Notes: generated from the letters alone by a model not told the origin. A DNA stretch of 64,000 nucleotides from a virus (IMGVR_UViG_3300028797_000014:1951-65950); one strand, 5' to 3'; positions 37,603-48,153 are shown, numbered from the stretch's first letter. A program made the numbers and translations.

Positions 37603-38716
37603 TAATAATAATAAAGATATTATCTTAGTAATAAGCGCTGAACTCGGCGGTGGCGGGGGGTGCGTGTGGCATAGAATTATGACTATATCAAACCACATAA
37701 ACGCTACACCTAAATACGGCACCAAGGTGGTCGTTTCACCTATGCCCATATTCGACGGGAGTCTATTGGAAAGGACACGTTGCATATTGGTACAAAGGCC
37801 GGTATATCCGATGCCTTGGCTCAAGAACTATAAGGAGCTACAGCCCAAGTTCGGTTATAGTATCTGTTCTGACGTGGATGACGCGTGGGATGAGTCGCTT
37901 CCGGACTATAACGCTTCGTCGTTGAAATTTAGGGATTTCGCCGCAATCGAGAAGGCGTTGACTGAGAACCTGAAGTATATCGACAGGATGATAGTTACTA
38001 CCGAGTTCCTCAAGCGCAAACTGGAAACCAAGTATAATTACTGGAACGTGCATATCGTCGAGAATGCGGCTCCGAGGTCATTGTACAGCGCAGACAGGAA
38101 GACTACTTTCAGGGATATTCCCTTGTGCGTAATCCCGTCCGGTATGCAACACTACCGTTCTCCTATACCGTTCTGTCCGGAATATCCCTTAGGCGCTACA
38201 CCTTTGCGTGGTGACTATACAGGCGAATGGGCAGAATTCCTGATAAGGGAAATCAAGGACAGGCGTCTGGACTTACATTCGATGGCAGACAAGCCGTACT
38301 TCCTGGGCCCCGTCCACGAGATGATAGAGACTTCCCCGTGGCAGGACACCCCGAACTACGCGGCGTTCCTCACTAGGATGCGTCCGGACATCATATTGGC
38401 TCCGCTTATGGAGAATGACTTCAATAGGGCCAAGTCGAGACTCAAGTGCGCCGAGGGATTCGCGATAGGTGCAATCGTGATAGGTACGGTATTCGAGTAT
38501 TCGCCTTACGAGGTGTTGCACCCTTATTGCAAGGTACCGCCGAATCCGACAATGGAACAGCTTGAAACCGTCTTCAAGAACGTGAAGGAACACTGGAAGG
38601 AGATTCTCGAATACCAGTATGACTTCATCAACAAGAAGGGCGAGTTCATGGAATCGAACGACCACGTTACGGCATGGCTCAACGCGTGCCTGCAACCTAA
38701 CCAGGAGCTCGTATGA
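37595..38716 (+). CDS. Phage glycosyltransferase (paralog of 19550..20575)
   Basis: GCVWHRI, DVDDAW and DIILAPLMENDFNRAKSRLK motifs. Confidence 0.75.
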   Translation: MNNNNNKDIILVISAELGGGGGCVWHRIMTISNHINATPKYGTKVVVSPMPIFDGSLLERTRCILVQRPVYPMPWLKNYKELQPKFGYSICSDVDDAWDESLPDYNASSLKFRDFAAIEKALTENLKYIDRMIVTTEFLKRKLETKYNYWNVHIVENAAPRSLYSADRKTTFRDIPLCVIPSGMQHYRSPIPFCPEYPLGATPLRGDYTGEWAEFLIREIKDRRLDLHSMADKPYFLGPVHEMIETSPWQDTPNYAAFLTRMRPDIILAPLMENDFNRAKSRLKCAEGFAIGAIVIGTVFEYSPYEVLHPYCKVPPNPTMEQLETVFKNVKEHWKEILEYQYDFINKKGEFMESNDHVTAWLNACLQPNQELV

Positions 38717-39027
38717 ACCACCAGAAGGAAAAGAAGAGGTTCCGCGACACCAAGCAGTGGAAGGAATTCCGCAGGCGCAAGATAGAGGAACAGAAGACTG
38801 ACCCCGTCACTGGGCAGAAACTGTCCGGCAGGTGCAATCTTCACCACCTCGACCTGAACGAAGAGCACTATACGGACATATCGAACGAGGATAACTTCGT
38901 ATGTTTGAATGATTATTCCCATCGTGCGGTCCACTTCTTCTTTCTGAAGTCGAAGCCGTCGGAATGGCGGAAGCGGATAGCCAGGATAATACCGATACTC
39001 GAACGGATGGAAGCGCTCAATTCATGA
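38713..39027 (+). CDS. Small HNH-like endonuclease (paralog of 2994..3329)
   Basis: FRDTKQW...DPVTG...NLHH...LN..SH..VH. Confidence 0.72.
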   Translation: MNHQKEKKRFRDTKQWKEFRRRKIEEQKTDPVTGQKLSGRCNLHHLDLNEEHYTDISNEDNFVCLNDYSHRAVHFFFLKSKPSEWRKRIARIIPILERMEALNS

Positions 39028-39042
39028 CGTTGATTGACAACA

Positions 39043-39050
39043 TATAAATA
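39043..39050 (+). promoter_or_regulatory. TATAAATA late promoter (portal operon)
   Basis: Exact T4 late consensus upstream of the portal gene. Confidence 0.8.
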
Positions 39051-39107
39051 ATACCGGGAGCCTGAATGGCAGAATATCCCGGTAATTTTTTTACATAAGG
39101 AACATAT

Positions 39108-41021
39108 ATGATGGAAGAACAGATTAATGTTACCGACATGATCAAGAAGTTCACCGAGTTCCAGAAGCGCAGCAACAAGCGCTGGAAGCCGATGAAGGAC
39201 GGAATCAAGGACGACAAGAAATACATGAAGGACCCGTCGGACAAGTACGACGTGGAAACCTTGGGAAAGGACAGGGCCTCCAAGCAGCTCAACGTAATCA
39301 GGAACGCTGTCCGCACGATTTGCAACAGCTACAGGGAAAGACCTTATCGCTGGTCCGTGAAGGACATAATGACAGACTCCCCTTCCCAGATGCTGACCAA
39401 GGCCGGTAACGCTTTCATCGACTCGCCGGACAACCAGACAGCCGCAATCCAGGTATTGAACGACGCGGTGGCCTACGGTCTCGGCGTATTCGTAATCTCC
39501 AACGATTTCGGTATCGACGGTAGCCCGGAACCATGCATGTACTGTCCCAAGATCGAGAACGTTTATCTCGACCCGAACTGCAACAAGCTGAACGGCGCGG
39601 ACCAGGAAGAAGCCGCAATCGTGGAACTCAAGTCCAGGAAATGGATCCAGGACAACTACGGTATCGACATCGCAACGATTCAGGAACCCGCCGTAGACAT
39701 CGAGGAAGAATACGACAGGAAGGAATACATGCCGCTCGTGACCTATTACAACAAGGGTGATGGCATTGTAAACATATACAAGATGCTTGGCAACAACGTG
39801 TTCGAGCATATTGAGCTCCCGATGACCTACATCCCTATCATCCCGGTATTCGGTGAACGTGTTTCCGACGACAACGACGAGAGGAACTTTATCGGTATCG
39901 TCGACCAGATGGAAGGTATCCAGAGACTTATCAACTATGGCTATTCCAACATCCTCATCCGTCTTGCGGTTGCCCCGAAGAACCAATGGGTTGCAGGCGC
40001 AGAATCTATCGAGAACTACGAACGCTACTACAAGGATTCCAACAAGACCTTGAACCCGCTCCTTATCCATAACGACTGGAGCCCGGACGGCAAGAGGGAA
40101 CTCAAACCGCCCGTACGTATTTCTAACGAGATTCCTATCGGTGACGTCGGCGAACTGTTTACTCAGTCACTCCAGATGGTCAACAATATCATCGGTATTC
40201 CCGCTATCGGCATGGAATCGGAGACGGAAAAGACCGCGACAGAAGTTCTCACGGCCGCCAAGACTTTCCAGAACAACATAAGGACTTACATCTGGAACAT
40301 GCGCTCCAGCTTGTCCGTAGCCGGTATGTGTTTGTTCGAATTGATTTCCGGTACGAATCTTTACGGGCAGATTAAGATTGACGTTATCCAGGGACCTGAC
40401 GAACTCATGAAGAAACAGGAAGCCCGCGTTATCCTTCAACAGATGCAGCCGTTGCTCACGGAACCGCAGGACCAACGTAAGCTATTGATGGCCATGGCTA
40501 ACGTCGAAAGCGAGAACGAATTTGTTTCCGGCCTCGTGAAGATGCTGCAGCCAATGCCTACCCAGCAGGAAATGCAGGACCAGGCTCTGCTTACCCAGGC
40601 GGATTCCGAAATAAAGAAGCGCGACATGCAGATTGCTCAGCTCATGAAGCAGCTCGAGGACGAGAAGAGGATGAACGAACTGAAGGGCTATAGCCTCGAA
40701 CGCGAAATAGCTCTCGCCCAGATGAAGCACGAGCAGGAACTCCAGAAGATGATTCTCCAGCACAAGCTCGACGGTACTTTATCGGATAAGGAATTGATGG
40801 AAATGGCAGCCGAATCCGAAAAGAACGAAATGGAACTCGAGAAGAAAGCTGTAGAACTCGATACCGCCAAGACAAAGGCCGGTATGGAAATCGAGGCCCA
40901 GGCTGCCAAGATGCAGACAGACATGGTGAAGATGGAGAACGAAGTCGCCATGTCCAACGCCAAGGCTGAACAGTCCCTGGCCAAGGCTCAGGAAATCAAG
41001 GCAAAGAAGGAGATTAAGTAA
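39108..41021 (+). CDS. Portal protein (P22-like), module 2
   Basis: Homologous to 14423..16261 (LNVIRNAV..I, YIPIIPVFG, Q...N..YS) with a coiled-coil C-terminus. Confidence 0.85.
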   Translation: MMEEQINVTDMIKKFTEFQKRSNKRWKPMKDGIKDDKKYMKDPSDKYDVETLGKDRASKQLNVIRNAVRTICNSYRERPYRWSVKDIMTDSPSQMLTKAGNAFIDSPDNQTAAIQVLNDAVAYGLGVFVISNDFGIDGSPEPCMYCPKIENVYLDPNCNKLNGADQEEAAIVELKSRKWIQDNYGIDIATIQEPAVDIEEEYDRKEYMPLVTYYNKGDGIVNIYKMLGNNVFEHIELPMTYIPIIPVFGERVSDDNDERNFIGIVDQMEGIQRLINYGYSNILIRLAVAPKNQWVAGAESIENYERYYKDSNKTLNPLLIHNDWSPDGKRELKPPVRISNEIPIGDVGELFTQSLQMVNNIIGIPAIGMESETEKTATEVLTAAKTFQNNIRTYIWNMRSSLSVAGMCLFELISGTNLYGQIKIDVIQGPDELMKKQEARVILQQMQPLLTEPQDQRKLLMAMANVESENEFVSGLVKMLQPMPTQQEMQDQALLTQADSEIKKRDMQIAQLMKQLEDEKRMNELKGYSLEREIALAQMKHEQELQKMILQHKLDGTLSDKELMEMAAESEKNEMELEKKAVELDTAKTKAGMEIEAQAAKMQTDMVKMENEVAMSNAKAEQSLAKAQEIKAKKEIK

Positions 41022-43378
41022 TGAAATTGACACCGATTATCGACCAGCAGGACGTGTTCCTCGACATCAACCTCCAGCCGCTAGTAAACGGCAAGGTTGA
41101 ATTGCTGGACCCGGTTTCCAGCAACCTCATAGACGTATATGCCTATACGGACGATGAATACGTCGTTACGGCGAATCCCGTTATCCTTGATATCGAGGGC
41201 CGTTCGGAACAGACTATCTTCTCAGACAGGTTGACATACGTGAGGGTTTACGCTTATAAGGGCCTCGACGAGAACCGCCACCCGATTTACGAATTTATCC
41301 GCGATTACTATGCTGGTGAAGACGCCCCGGAAGAATCTAGGGAATACGTAATCGGCATGGAGGCCCTCAGGGACCTGGACCCTTCTATTAACTCGTCAGT
41401 AAACATTATCGGTTACTTCAACGCTTGGGACTGCCCGTTAAGAACATACGTTTGGGACGAAACGTGTTCTCAAGACGTCGATAACGGCTACATTGTCGGT
41501 TCCGACGTTTCTCAGACCGGTCGCTGGGTTCTCGTATTCGACGGCGAATATATACCGTCCAGCTACTACGGCGTCATGCCTGGTTCCGAAGGCAACATCC
41601 AGGCCTTGATGGGTTATCCTGACAAGGTAGGTTCCAACCAGAAACCTACGGCTCCCGGTATCTGGTTCGTACCCGGTAATTACGTAACATCTATCTCTAC
41701 TTTAAAGAACCTCCAGATTGACGCCAAATGTCAGTTCGATGGTATCGTAGATTGTAACCGTGTGGAAGTAGTCGGTAAGGCTAACCACTATATCGGTGAA
41801 ATCTACATGAACGGAGGCGTCGCTCATTCCTCATGGTTCAAGTCCGCAAGAGTGTTCCTCACATGCGGAGCCGACGAGATGGTTATCGACCCGGACAGCT
41901 ACTTTGTCAACAAGAGCGTAACGAACAGTGTAGACCTTACAGGTAAGACATTGCGCGGTAATAACCGTCTCGATGTAAATTTCAACCAGGGTGGTTGCTA
42001 TACTGTCAATGATACCACGGTCCTTATCGGTACTGTCTTCGATCCTAGAAAGGACAAAGTAATCTTCAATACATCTAAATATGGCGACGGTAATTTCGTT
42101 ACGGTGAAATCAACAGAATGGGATCCGGGTTCCATCTCTTCTGGGCACAAGGTGCAGTATTCTAGCTCCAGCCTTCCTGAAGTAAGGAAGTTCGATAACG
42201 TGGCTATTTGGGGCGCAATAATGGTGGAAATGCGCAACAGGCTTCCCGTACAGATATTCTCTCTGCAGGTACTCGACTTCGAAGGTACTGATGTGCCTGA
42301 AGCCGAAACCATTTACACTGGTACATACCAGGAAGTAAGGAACCTTAACTGCGTTCATTTGAATTGCTACAATCCTCTTGGTTCGCTCAGGCTGTATAAT
42401 ATACACGCCACTGATGTCAACGTCGACCTCAGCGCTCTTGAAGTGCATGATTCTACGATTACTTTCCAGCTGTTCAACGATACTGCTGTGCTCGGTCTTT
42501 ATCTTTATGACAGCGACATTCTTTTCTGGCAGAAGATAGCTAACCCTAATATCGGTATCAACGCACGCAACTGTACTATCCAGGGTACTATTGATGCTGT
42601 GCACGATAACGAAACGAATGACTGTCACTATAGTTTCGATAACTGTACTTTCGCGGCAAACGCTACCATCAAGAGCAAGATGCTGACAATGATTGATTGC
42701 GTTACTAGGAATAATACTATCAAGGTTTATCCATACAAAGTAGATAACGAATACCGTATGTACGCTGTCCTTTGTGGGAATACGTTCGCCAACAACCAGC
42801 CTATCGAGTTTACCAAACTTGACAGTGCTGACCCTAATAGTAACTGTTACGACTGTGTTTGTACGTGGACGATTACCAACAATACGTTTACGGGTAACAC
42901 CGAAGGCCTACGCTGCCGTTACTGGCAGAATGTCCATGGAAGCGAACCTACCCGAGTGTTCATCAAGGAAGCATTCCAGGTACATTCTATAGTCTATAAG
43001 AACAACTCCGGTAACTGCCCATGGGAAGACCCGAAGGCATATCCGTCAGTAAGTTACCTTACGACTTACACTACACATACTACTTCTGGTGGCACGACAT
43101 ATTACATCTATTACGGTACTGCTCTTGACCGTAAGCGTATTATGTCGCCTGGGATGATTGCTGGTGGCGACTGGTCTACAAACTATATTACTCCTACCAG
43201 GGGCTATGTATGTAAGACCAGTGTCAGTGACGAACGTGACCTGCGATGGATTGGTAATACGTGGCTTGCTCATTACGCACATCTGCAATATGACGACAAC
43301 GGGGATTTCTTTGAGCTATGTCCTTCGATGACACACCAGCTCGACAGCGGCGATTTGGAATATCTCCTGTTTGTTTAA
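41021..43378 (+). CDS. Tailspike-like protein with head-binding-type N-terminus
   Basis: QPLVNGKV...NPVILD.EGR; paralog of 12011..14398. Confidence 0.65.
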   Translation: MKLTPIIDQQDVFLDINLQPLVNGKVELLDPVSSNLIDVYAYTDDEYVVTANPVILDIEGRSEQTIFSDRLTYVRVYAYKGLDENRHPIYEFIRDYYAGEDAPEESREYVIGMEALRDLDPSINSSVNIIGYFNAWDCPLRTYVWDETCSQDVDNGYIVGSDVSQTGRWVLVFDGEYIPSSYYGVMPGSEGNIQALMGYPDKVGSNQKPTAPGIWFVPGNYVTSISTLKNLQIDAKCQFDGIVDCNRVEVVGKANHYIGEIYMNGGVAHSSWFKSARVFLTCGADEMVIDPDSYFVNKSVTNSVDLTGKTLRGNNRLDVNFNQGGCYTVNDTTVLIGTVFDPRKDKVIFNTSKYGDGNFVTVKSTEWDPGSISSGHKVQYSSSSLPEVRKFDNVAIWGAIMVEMRNRLPVQIFSLQVLDFEGTDVPEAETIYTGTYQEVRNLNCVHLNCYNPLGSLRLYNIHATDVNVDLSALEVHDSTITFQLFNDTAVLGLYLYDSDILFWQKIANPNIGINARNCTIQGTIDAVHDNETNDCHYSFDNCTFAANATIKSKMLTMIDCVTRNNTIKVYPYKVDNEYRMYAVLCGNTFANNQPIEFTKLDSADPNSNCYDCVCTWTITNNTFTGNTEGLRCRYWQNVHGSEPTRVFIKEAFQVHSIVYKNNSGNCPWEDPKAYPSVSYLTTYTTHTTSGGTTYYIYYGTALDRKRIMSPGMIAGGDWSTNYITPTRGYVCKTSVSDERDLRWIGNTWLAHYAHLQYDDNGDFFELCPSMTHQLDSGDLEYLLFV

Positions 43379-43381
43379 ACT

Positions 43382-43408
43382 AAGACCCCTCGCAATGAGG
43401 GGTTTCTT
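43382..43408 (+). terminator. Intrinsic terminator
   Basis: AAGACCCCTC-gcaat-GAGGGGTTTCTT. Confidence 0.8.
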
Positions 43409-43416
43409 ATTGTACA

Positions 43417-43424
43417 TATAAATA
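43417..43424 (+). promoter_or_regulatory. TATAAATA late promoter (fibre operon)
   Basis: TATAAATATAAGAGAA directly after the terminator. Confidence 0.8.
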
Positions 43425-43449
43425 TAAGAGAATTTATAAGGAACTAAAG

Positions 43450-44652
43450 ATGGCAGTAGCATTATACGATCTCTGTATCCAGTTTAACGACTTTAACGGT
43501 GTTCCTCTTTCCGCGGGTAAGGTTTATGTCTATTCGCTGAACAGAACGCAGCTGATGGACTCCTGGTCCGACGTAAACGGCGAGAATCTTAATACCAACC
43601 CAGTTATTCTCGATAACCTCGGTATGGCCAAGATTTACGTCGACCCGGCATTCGACTATTTGCTTGTTGTTTGCGACCAATACGACAACGAGATGTTCAG
43701 CGTCGAGAAGTATATCCTTTCCAACGCCCCGACTAACCACGCAGACGTAGCTATGGCCGGTTCCGATACGGTTTACGTAAGTTCGTACAAGGTCGGAGAT
43801 ACCACTACGTATGTTCCTTACCTCGCGAGCGGCGTCGGCAAGACATATACCGGCATTTACCCCATCGACGTCAACAACACGGCCAACATGATTTCCGCGG
43901 ATTCCGTGCCAATCGGCGTCCAGGAGCCGTTATACATCGTCCAGGACGACGAAAACGGTTTCATCATAGGCGCGTCAGGGCTGATGCCGGAAAGCGCCTC
44001 AGGGGACTTCTATCCGGCTTCTAACCCGAGCGGTTTCATCACGGGGGTCGACCTTACAGATTATGCTACGAAAAATTATGTCGATAACACTATTACTGGC
44101 AAACTTGATACTACTGCTTTTTCTGACGTATCTGGTTCGTTCCTGACTGCACTTCCTGCCGGCACCATGAACGAGAGTTCCTTCGGATACGACCAAGGAC
44201 TTATTACCGGCTTTAACGGTTCCGCGTTCTCTGCCGGTTCCGACACCGACCCTGCCGTATTCGTGCCGTGGAGCGCCTCTGGGGCCTTCGCGGCGAGCGG
44301 GGATATAACTGGGCTGGCAAGTAAAACGGAGCTCCAGAACGTATCTTCTACGATAACGGGGATGATTCCTTCCACGGCCGGCCTCGCCACCGAGGCTTGG
44401 GTTACTTCGCAGGGGTATCTGACAGCGGAGACCGACTGGACCGACACTATTACGGCTGCTTCCGCGAACGCCTACGAACAGGCTACCGCGGCTATCCCGA
44501 CGGACTACCTGACCACGGCCGATTCCGCAAATTTCTATACGACCGCGAACGAATCCGGTTTTATCACGGGGGTGGACTTGACACCTTACCAGACGACAGC
44601 GGGAATGACGGCCTATCAGTCCGCGCTTGAATTCGGCTACATGACAATTTAA
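43450..44652 (+). CDS. Tail fibre proximal protein with head-binding-type domain
   Basis: D.NG.PLS.GKVYVY...NTNPVILD.LG; GFITGVDL repeats. Confidence 0.65.
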   Translation: MAVALYDLCIQFNDFNGVPLSAGKVYVYSLNRTQLMDSWSDVNGENLNTNPVILDNLGMAKIYVDPAFDYLLVVCDQYDNEMFSVEKYILSNAPTNHADVAMAGSDTVYVSSYKVGDTTTYVPYLASGVGKTYTGIYPIDVNNTANMISADSVPIGVQEPLYIVQDDENGFIIGASGLMPESASGDFYPASNPSGFITGVDLTDYATKNYVDNTITGKLDTTAFSDVSGSFLTALPAGTMNESSFGYDQGLITGFNGSAFSAGSDTDPAVFVPWSASGAFAASGDITGLASKTELQNVSSTITGMIPSTAGLATEAWVTSQGYLTAETDWTDTITAASANAYEQATAAIPTDYLTTADSANFYTTANESGFITGVDLTPYQTTAGMTAYQSALEFGYMTI

Positions 44653-44662
44653 GGAGTTTACA

Positions 44663-46858
44663 ATGGAATTGATTAGTTCTATCAACAACAGCGGCATAGG
44701 TGCACAGTACGCGGTATCCGCTGCCAAGGACGTGAACGGAAACGAGATTACTTCCACGTACCTCACCGCGGTCCCGGAAGGCTACGCTACGGAGAGTTTC
44801 GTAACCAGCCAGGGTTATATTACCGGTTCATACCTTACGGCCGACGCACTGGACAATGTTTCCAGTACGTGGAATACGGTCACGGACAAACTGAATACGA
44901 CCGCGTTCTCTACTGTCTCGGCTTCCTTCCTCACCGCTCACCAGTCCTTGCCGAATTCGGCGAACTGGAACGACACGTATAATACCGTTAACGGCAATTC
45001 CGCTACATGGAATTCCACTTACGACACCGTCCACGACAATTCAGCTTCTTGGTCGGGTAGCGAAGTTTCCGTTACTAGTCCGCGCGGTACAATCAATGTA
45101 AATGGTGACCAGATAGAAGGGACAAATTCCGCAGTGATTACAGGTACGGCAGGCGGTTATGTTGAGTATCTGTTAACTGCTAACAATCATATAGATACAA
45201 CTCCTGCTGCATTGACTAATGGCACTCTGGAAACTATGCAAACGGGCGGTACTCTTGTTATACCTGTTCAGGGCGGCGATCCTTCCCTGTATATAACTGT
45301 TACAGGTGAGACAACCGGAGGCGGAACGGCTACGGCTAGTGGACAGGGTAGTGCGGGAATAAGTAATTTTATCTATATTCCTCTCGGAGAAATGAGTGGC
45401 CCGTTCTCTGCACAATCCACTTATTGGGTTAATATTAGTGACTGGCTGCTTACTGCGAGCGCTGCTCCTACTACGGGCATTATCGGCGTGGGTGAACTTG
45501 CATGGAATAGTGCCATTACTCCTATTCGTAACGCTTCTGCGGCTTGGCAATCCACTTACAATACGGTGGCTGTCAACTCTGCTTCGTGGGGAGCTGGTTC
45601 TACATATACGGGCGACGCTCAGGGCGCTCTTGACGAAGTTTATACGAATTCCGGTGACTGGAATACCGTTACGGACAAATTGGATTCTAGCGCATTCTCT
45701 ACTGTCTCGGGTTCCTTCATTACTGCACATCAGGATTTGACTGGTTCGGCCAACTGGGATTCCACTTATACTACTGTTTCCGATAACTCTGCTACATGGG
45801 CTACGGTCACGGACAAACTTGATGCGACGGCGCAGGTAGTAACTTCCGTAACTACTGGCAAGGTTTCCAGTACGGGTGTATCTGCGATAAACTCTACACC
45901 TATCATTTCTACGGCTGTCAACAATGCCGGCAAGATGTTGGTTGGTTCCAGCGACCCTGGTATGTACCTCACCGGTACGCACGGCACCGCCTACTATAAG
46001 GCCAACGAACTCATCATCAACCGTACGGGTTACGGCGAACAGATTAAGTTCAACCTCGGTTCCGCCGGTTCTCAGGTTATCGGTTCTGCCGCCGGAAACA
46101 GGGGCGCGTTCATCAACATGTTCAACGACAGTCATACGGCTTTCGTCGGGGTGTTGTCCGGTGAAGACGCTGCGATTGTTCTTGACGGCGCATCGGCCAC
46201 TCCGAACAGCATTACCTCCTGGAACGGCGTGGTTTCTACGGTTTCCGACAACTCGGCTTCATGGGGCGGTTCTGATGTTCCTGAAGGCGTTATGGTTGAG
46301 AGCGGACTGGAATACAATGCAGTCAATGAAATTTCTGGCTATAACGGTTCTGCTATTGCTCAATATGGTGCTGAGAAACAATGGCTCGTTCACGATGATA
46401 CATTGGTACATGCTTCTAATTCTGCTCAATATGCTTTGGGCGTCAACTTGAGTGCTGTTGCTCAGCTGCTTGGTATTGATGAGACTGTTCTTTGGAGTGG
46501 AACATACGGTTCAACAACCTTATCTTTATCTGAATCACCTTTGAACTTCAATAGCATAAAAGTATATTATGGTGGGCATAACAACAATACTAGCGGTCAA
46601 AATTCTTATTATGGTTGTACTGAATTTGAACCTGTCATAAACGGAACAACAGCACAATATATGCCAATAAATTCTACTTTCATCGGTAATTTAGCTACTA
46701 ATACAATGTATGAAGTTTATACAATGTGGTCTGGTGTAAATACTACTGAATGGGAGAGAATATATTATGGTTGGAAAAATATAACTGGAACCTCTTGGAA
46801 TACTGGTTCTAACTGGCAAAGTGTTTACAAAGTAATCGGTATCGGTCGCAAGCAATAA
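44663..46858 (+). CDS. Tail fibre protein with repeated W.STY.TV..NSA.W motifs
   Basis: Internal repeats (about 44870-44945 and 45660-45735) and a C-terminal DETVLW...KVIGI tip domain. Confidence 0.7.
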   Translation: MELISSINNSGIGAQYAVSAAKDVNGNEITSTYLTAVPEGYATESFVTSQGYITGSYLTADALDNVSSTWNTVTDKLNTTAFSTVSASFLTAHQSLPNSANWNDTYNTVNGNSATWNSTYDTVHDNSASWSGSEVSVTSPRGTINVNGDQIEGTNSAVITGTAGGYVEYLLTANNHIDTTPAALTNGTLETMQTGGTLVIPVQGGDPSLYITVTGETTGGGTATASGQGSAGISNFIYIPLGEMSGPFSAQSTYWVNISDWLLTASAAPTTGIIGVGELAWNSAITPIRNASAAWQSTYNTVAVNSASWGAGSTYTGDAQGALDEVYTNSGDWNTVTDKLDSSAFSTVSGSFITAHQDLTGSANWDSTYTTVSDNSATWATVTDKLDATAQVVTSVTTGKVSSTGVSAINSTPIISTAVNNAGKMLVGSSDPGMYLTGTHGTAYYKANELIINRTGYGEQIKFNLGSAGSQVIGSAAGNRGAFINMFNDSHTAFVGVLSGEDAAIVLDGASATPNSITSWNGVVSTVSDNSASWGGSDVPEGVMVESGLEYNAVNEISGYNGSAIAQYGAEKQWLVHDDTLVHASNSAQYALGVNLSAVAQLLGIDETVLWSGTYGSTTLSLSESPLNFNSIKVYYGGHNNNTSGQNSYYGCTEFEPVINGTTAQYMPINSTFIGNLATNTMYEVYTMWSGVNTTEWERIYYGWKNITGTSWNTGSNWQSVYKVIGIGRKQ

Positions 46859-46870
46859 GGAGAAAAGTTT

Positions 46871-47380
46871 ATGAGTGAAAACATACAAAGTATCGCAAAT
46901 GGTAGTTTCGTTTTAGGCAACACAAGTGCCACAACATATCAAGCAGGTCCTGGTATTTCCATTACACAGCCATCGGAAGGAACTGTAAGGATTTCCAACG
47001 ATGAAACGGTGCTATGGAGTGGTGCTAGAACAAGCGCAATACAAACAAGTGAATCTATGAAGAATTTTGATAAATGTCAAGTCTATATCGCTCATGGAAC
47101 TTATGGACCTCCACAAGTTTATACAATTGACTTTGCTGATATGGGTACAACTGGTTATTTTGCTATTACTAGACCTCGTGGTTCATCAAACTTAAATATA
47201 GCTTGTATTAGATTAACTGCTGATGATACTCATTTAGCCGCTGTCAATGCTAAATGTTTGGCATTTGGTTCTTGGTCTACAACAGCAACAGGTGTGACAG
47301 CAACAACAGGTGAAGCAGAAGATTTGAATAGTATCATAAAAGTAGTCGGCATCAACCGCATCTCAGGTTCTAATGCATAA
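46871..47380 (+). CDS. Short tail-tip domain protein (cassette 2)
   Basis: DETVLWSG...KVVGINRIS. Confidence 0.7.
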   Translation: MSENIQSIANGSFVLGNTSATTYQAGPGISITQPSEGTVRISNDETVLWSGARTSAIQTSESMKNFDKCQVYIAHGTYGPPQVYTIDFADMGTTGYFAITRPRGSSNLNIACIRLTADDTHLAAVNAKCLAFGSWSTTATGVTATTGEAEDLNSIIKVVGINRISGSNA

Positions 47381-47392
47381 GGAGGTTTAAAC

Positions 47393-47884
47393 ATGTCAGA
47401 TATTCAAAGTATTTCACAAGGCAATTATCTATTACAAGCATCTGTTTCTACTTCGGCCGGTATCATCGGCGACGGTTCTCCGAACAATCCGCTGAGGGCT
47501 GATGAAACGGTGCTGTTTGAGACAACTGCACAAAATGTTTCTGCTGTCACTTTAACAGAACCTTTATCAGCATTTGAAAGATTTAGATTATATCCTTTCC
47601 AAGGTGGAGGTGGTTATTACAACTATGGGGAATTTGATTATAATGTAGTTCAATCTTTAGGTACTGGTAATAATATACGACTATTATTTTCTAGAGCGAT
47701 TGGAGGTAATAACCCCTTACAGTTTCTTATTGGAGAGTATGAATTATCAAATGATAGAAAAAGTATAACCAGTATTAGTGGGTATAGACGATGGTTTCCT
47801 ATGGCGACGGGGGCAGGTGGTTCTGATAGTAATTCTACTTATATCCAAAAAATAGTCGGCATCAACCGCATCTCCAATAACTAA
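47393..47884 (+). CDS. Short tail-tip domain protein (cassette 3)
   Basis: DETVLFE...KIVGINRIS. Confidence 0.7.
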   Translation: MSDIQSISQGNYLLQASVSTSAGIIGDGSPNNPLRADETVLFETTAQNVSAVTLTEPLSAFERFRLYPFQGGGGYYNYGEFDYNVVQSLGTGNNIRLLFSRAIGGNNPLQFLIGEYELSNDRKSITSISGYRRWFPMATGAGGSDSNSTYIQKIVGINRISNN

Positions 47885-47895
47885 ATAGGATTACA

Positions 47896-48153
47896 ATGGA
47901 AGAATTCTTTACTAACGCGATGAACTCCGGCAACGCGACCGCCATTATAGCGGCCTGCGTCGTCTACCTTATAATCCACCTACAGCGTAATTCCACCGGC
48001 AAGAAGAGGGACAACGAGAATACCCTCATGAACTACCGTATAGACCAGCTCGAGAAGAACCACGGGTCCCTCATGACCACGATAAAGGAGCTGCAGGGGT
48101 CCATCGTCGACCTCGAGCTCGCCATAACCAAGCTGACGGAGAAGGTCAAATGA
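47896..48153 (+). CDS. Single-TM plus coiled-coil protein, putative holin
   Basis: Homologous to 28249..28566. Confidence 0.5.
   Translation: MEEFFTNAMNSGNATAIIAACVVYLIIHLQRNSTGKKRDNENTLMNYRIDQLEKNHGSLMTTIKELQGSIVDLELAITKLTEKVK

Noticed and set aside
37595-37613. AAT microsatellite at the glycosyltransferase start (MNNNNNK) as a phase-variation tract
   Set aside because: Trinucleotide slippage keeps the frame and the tract is short.
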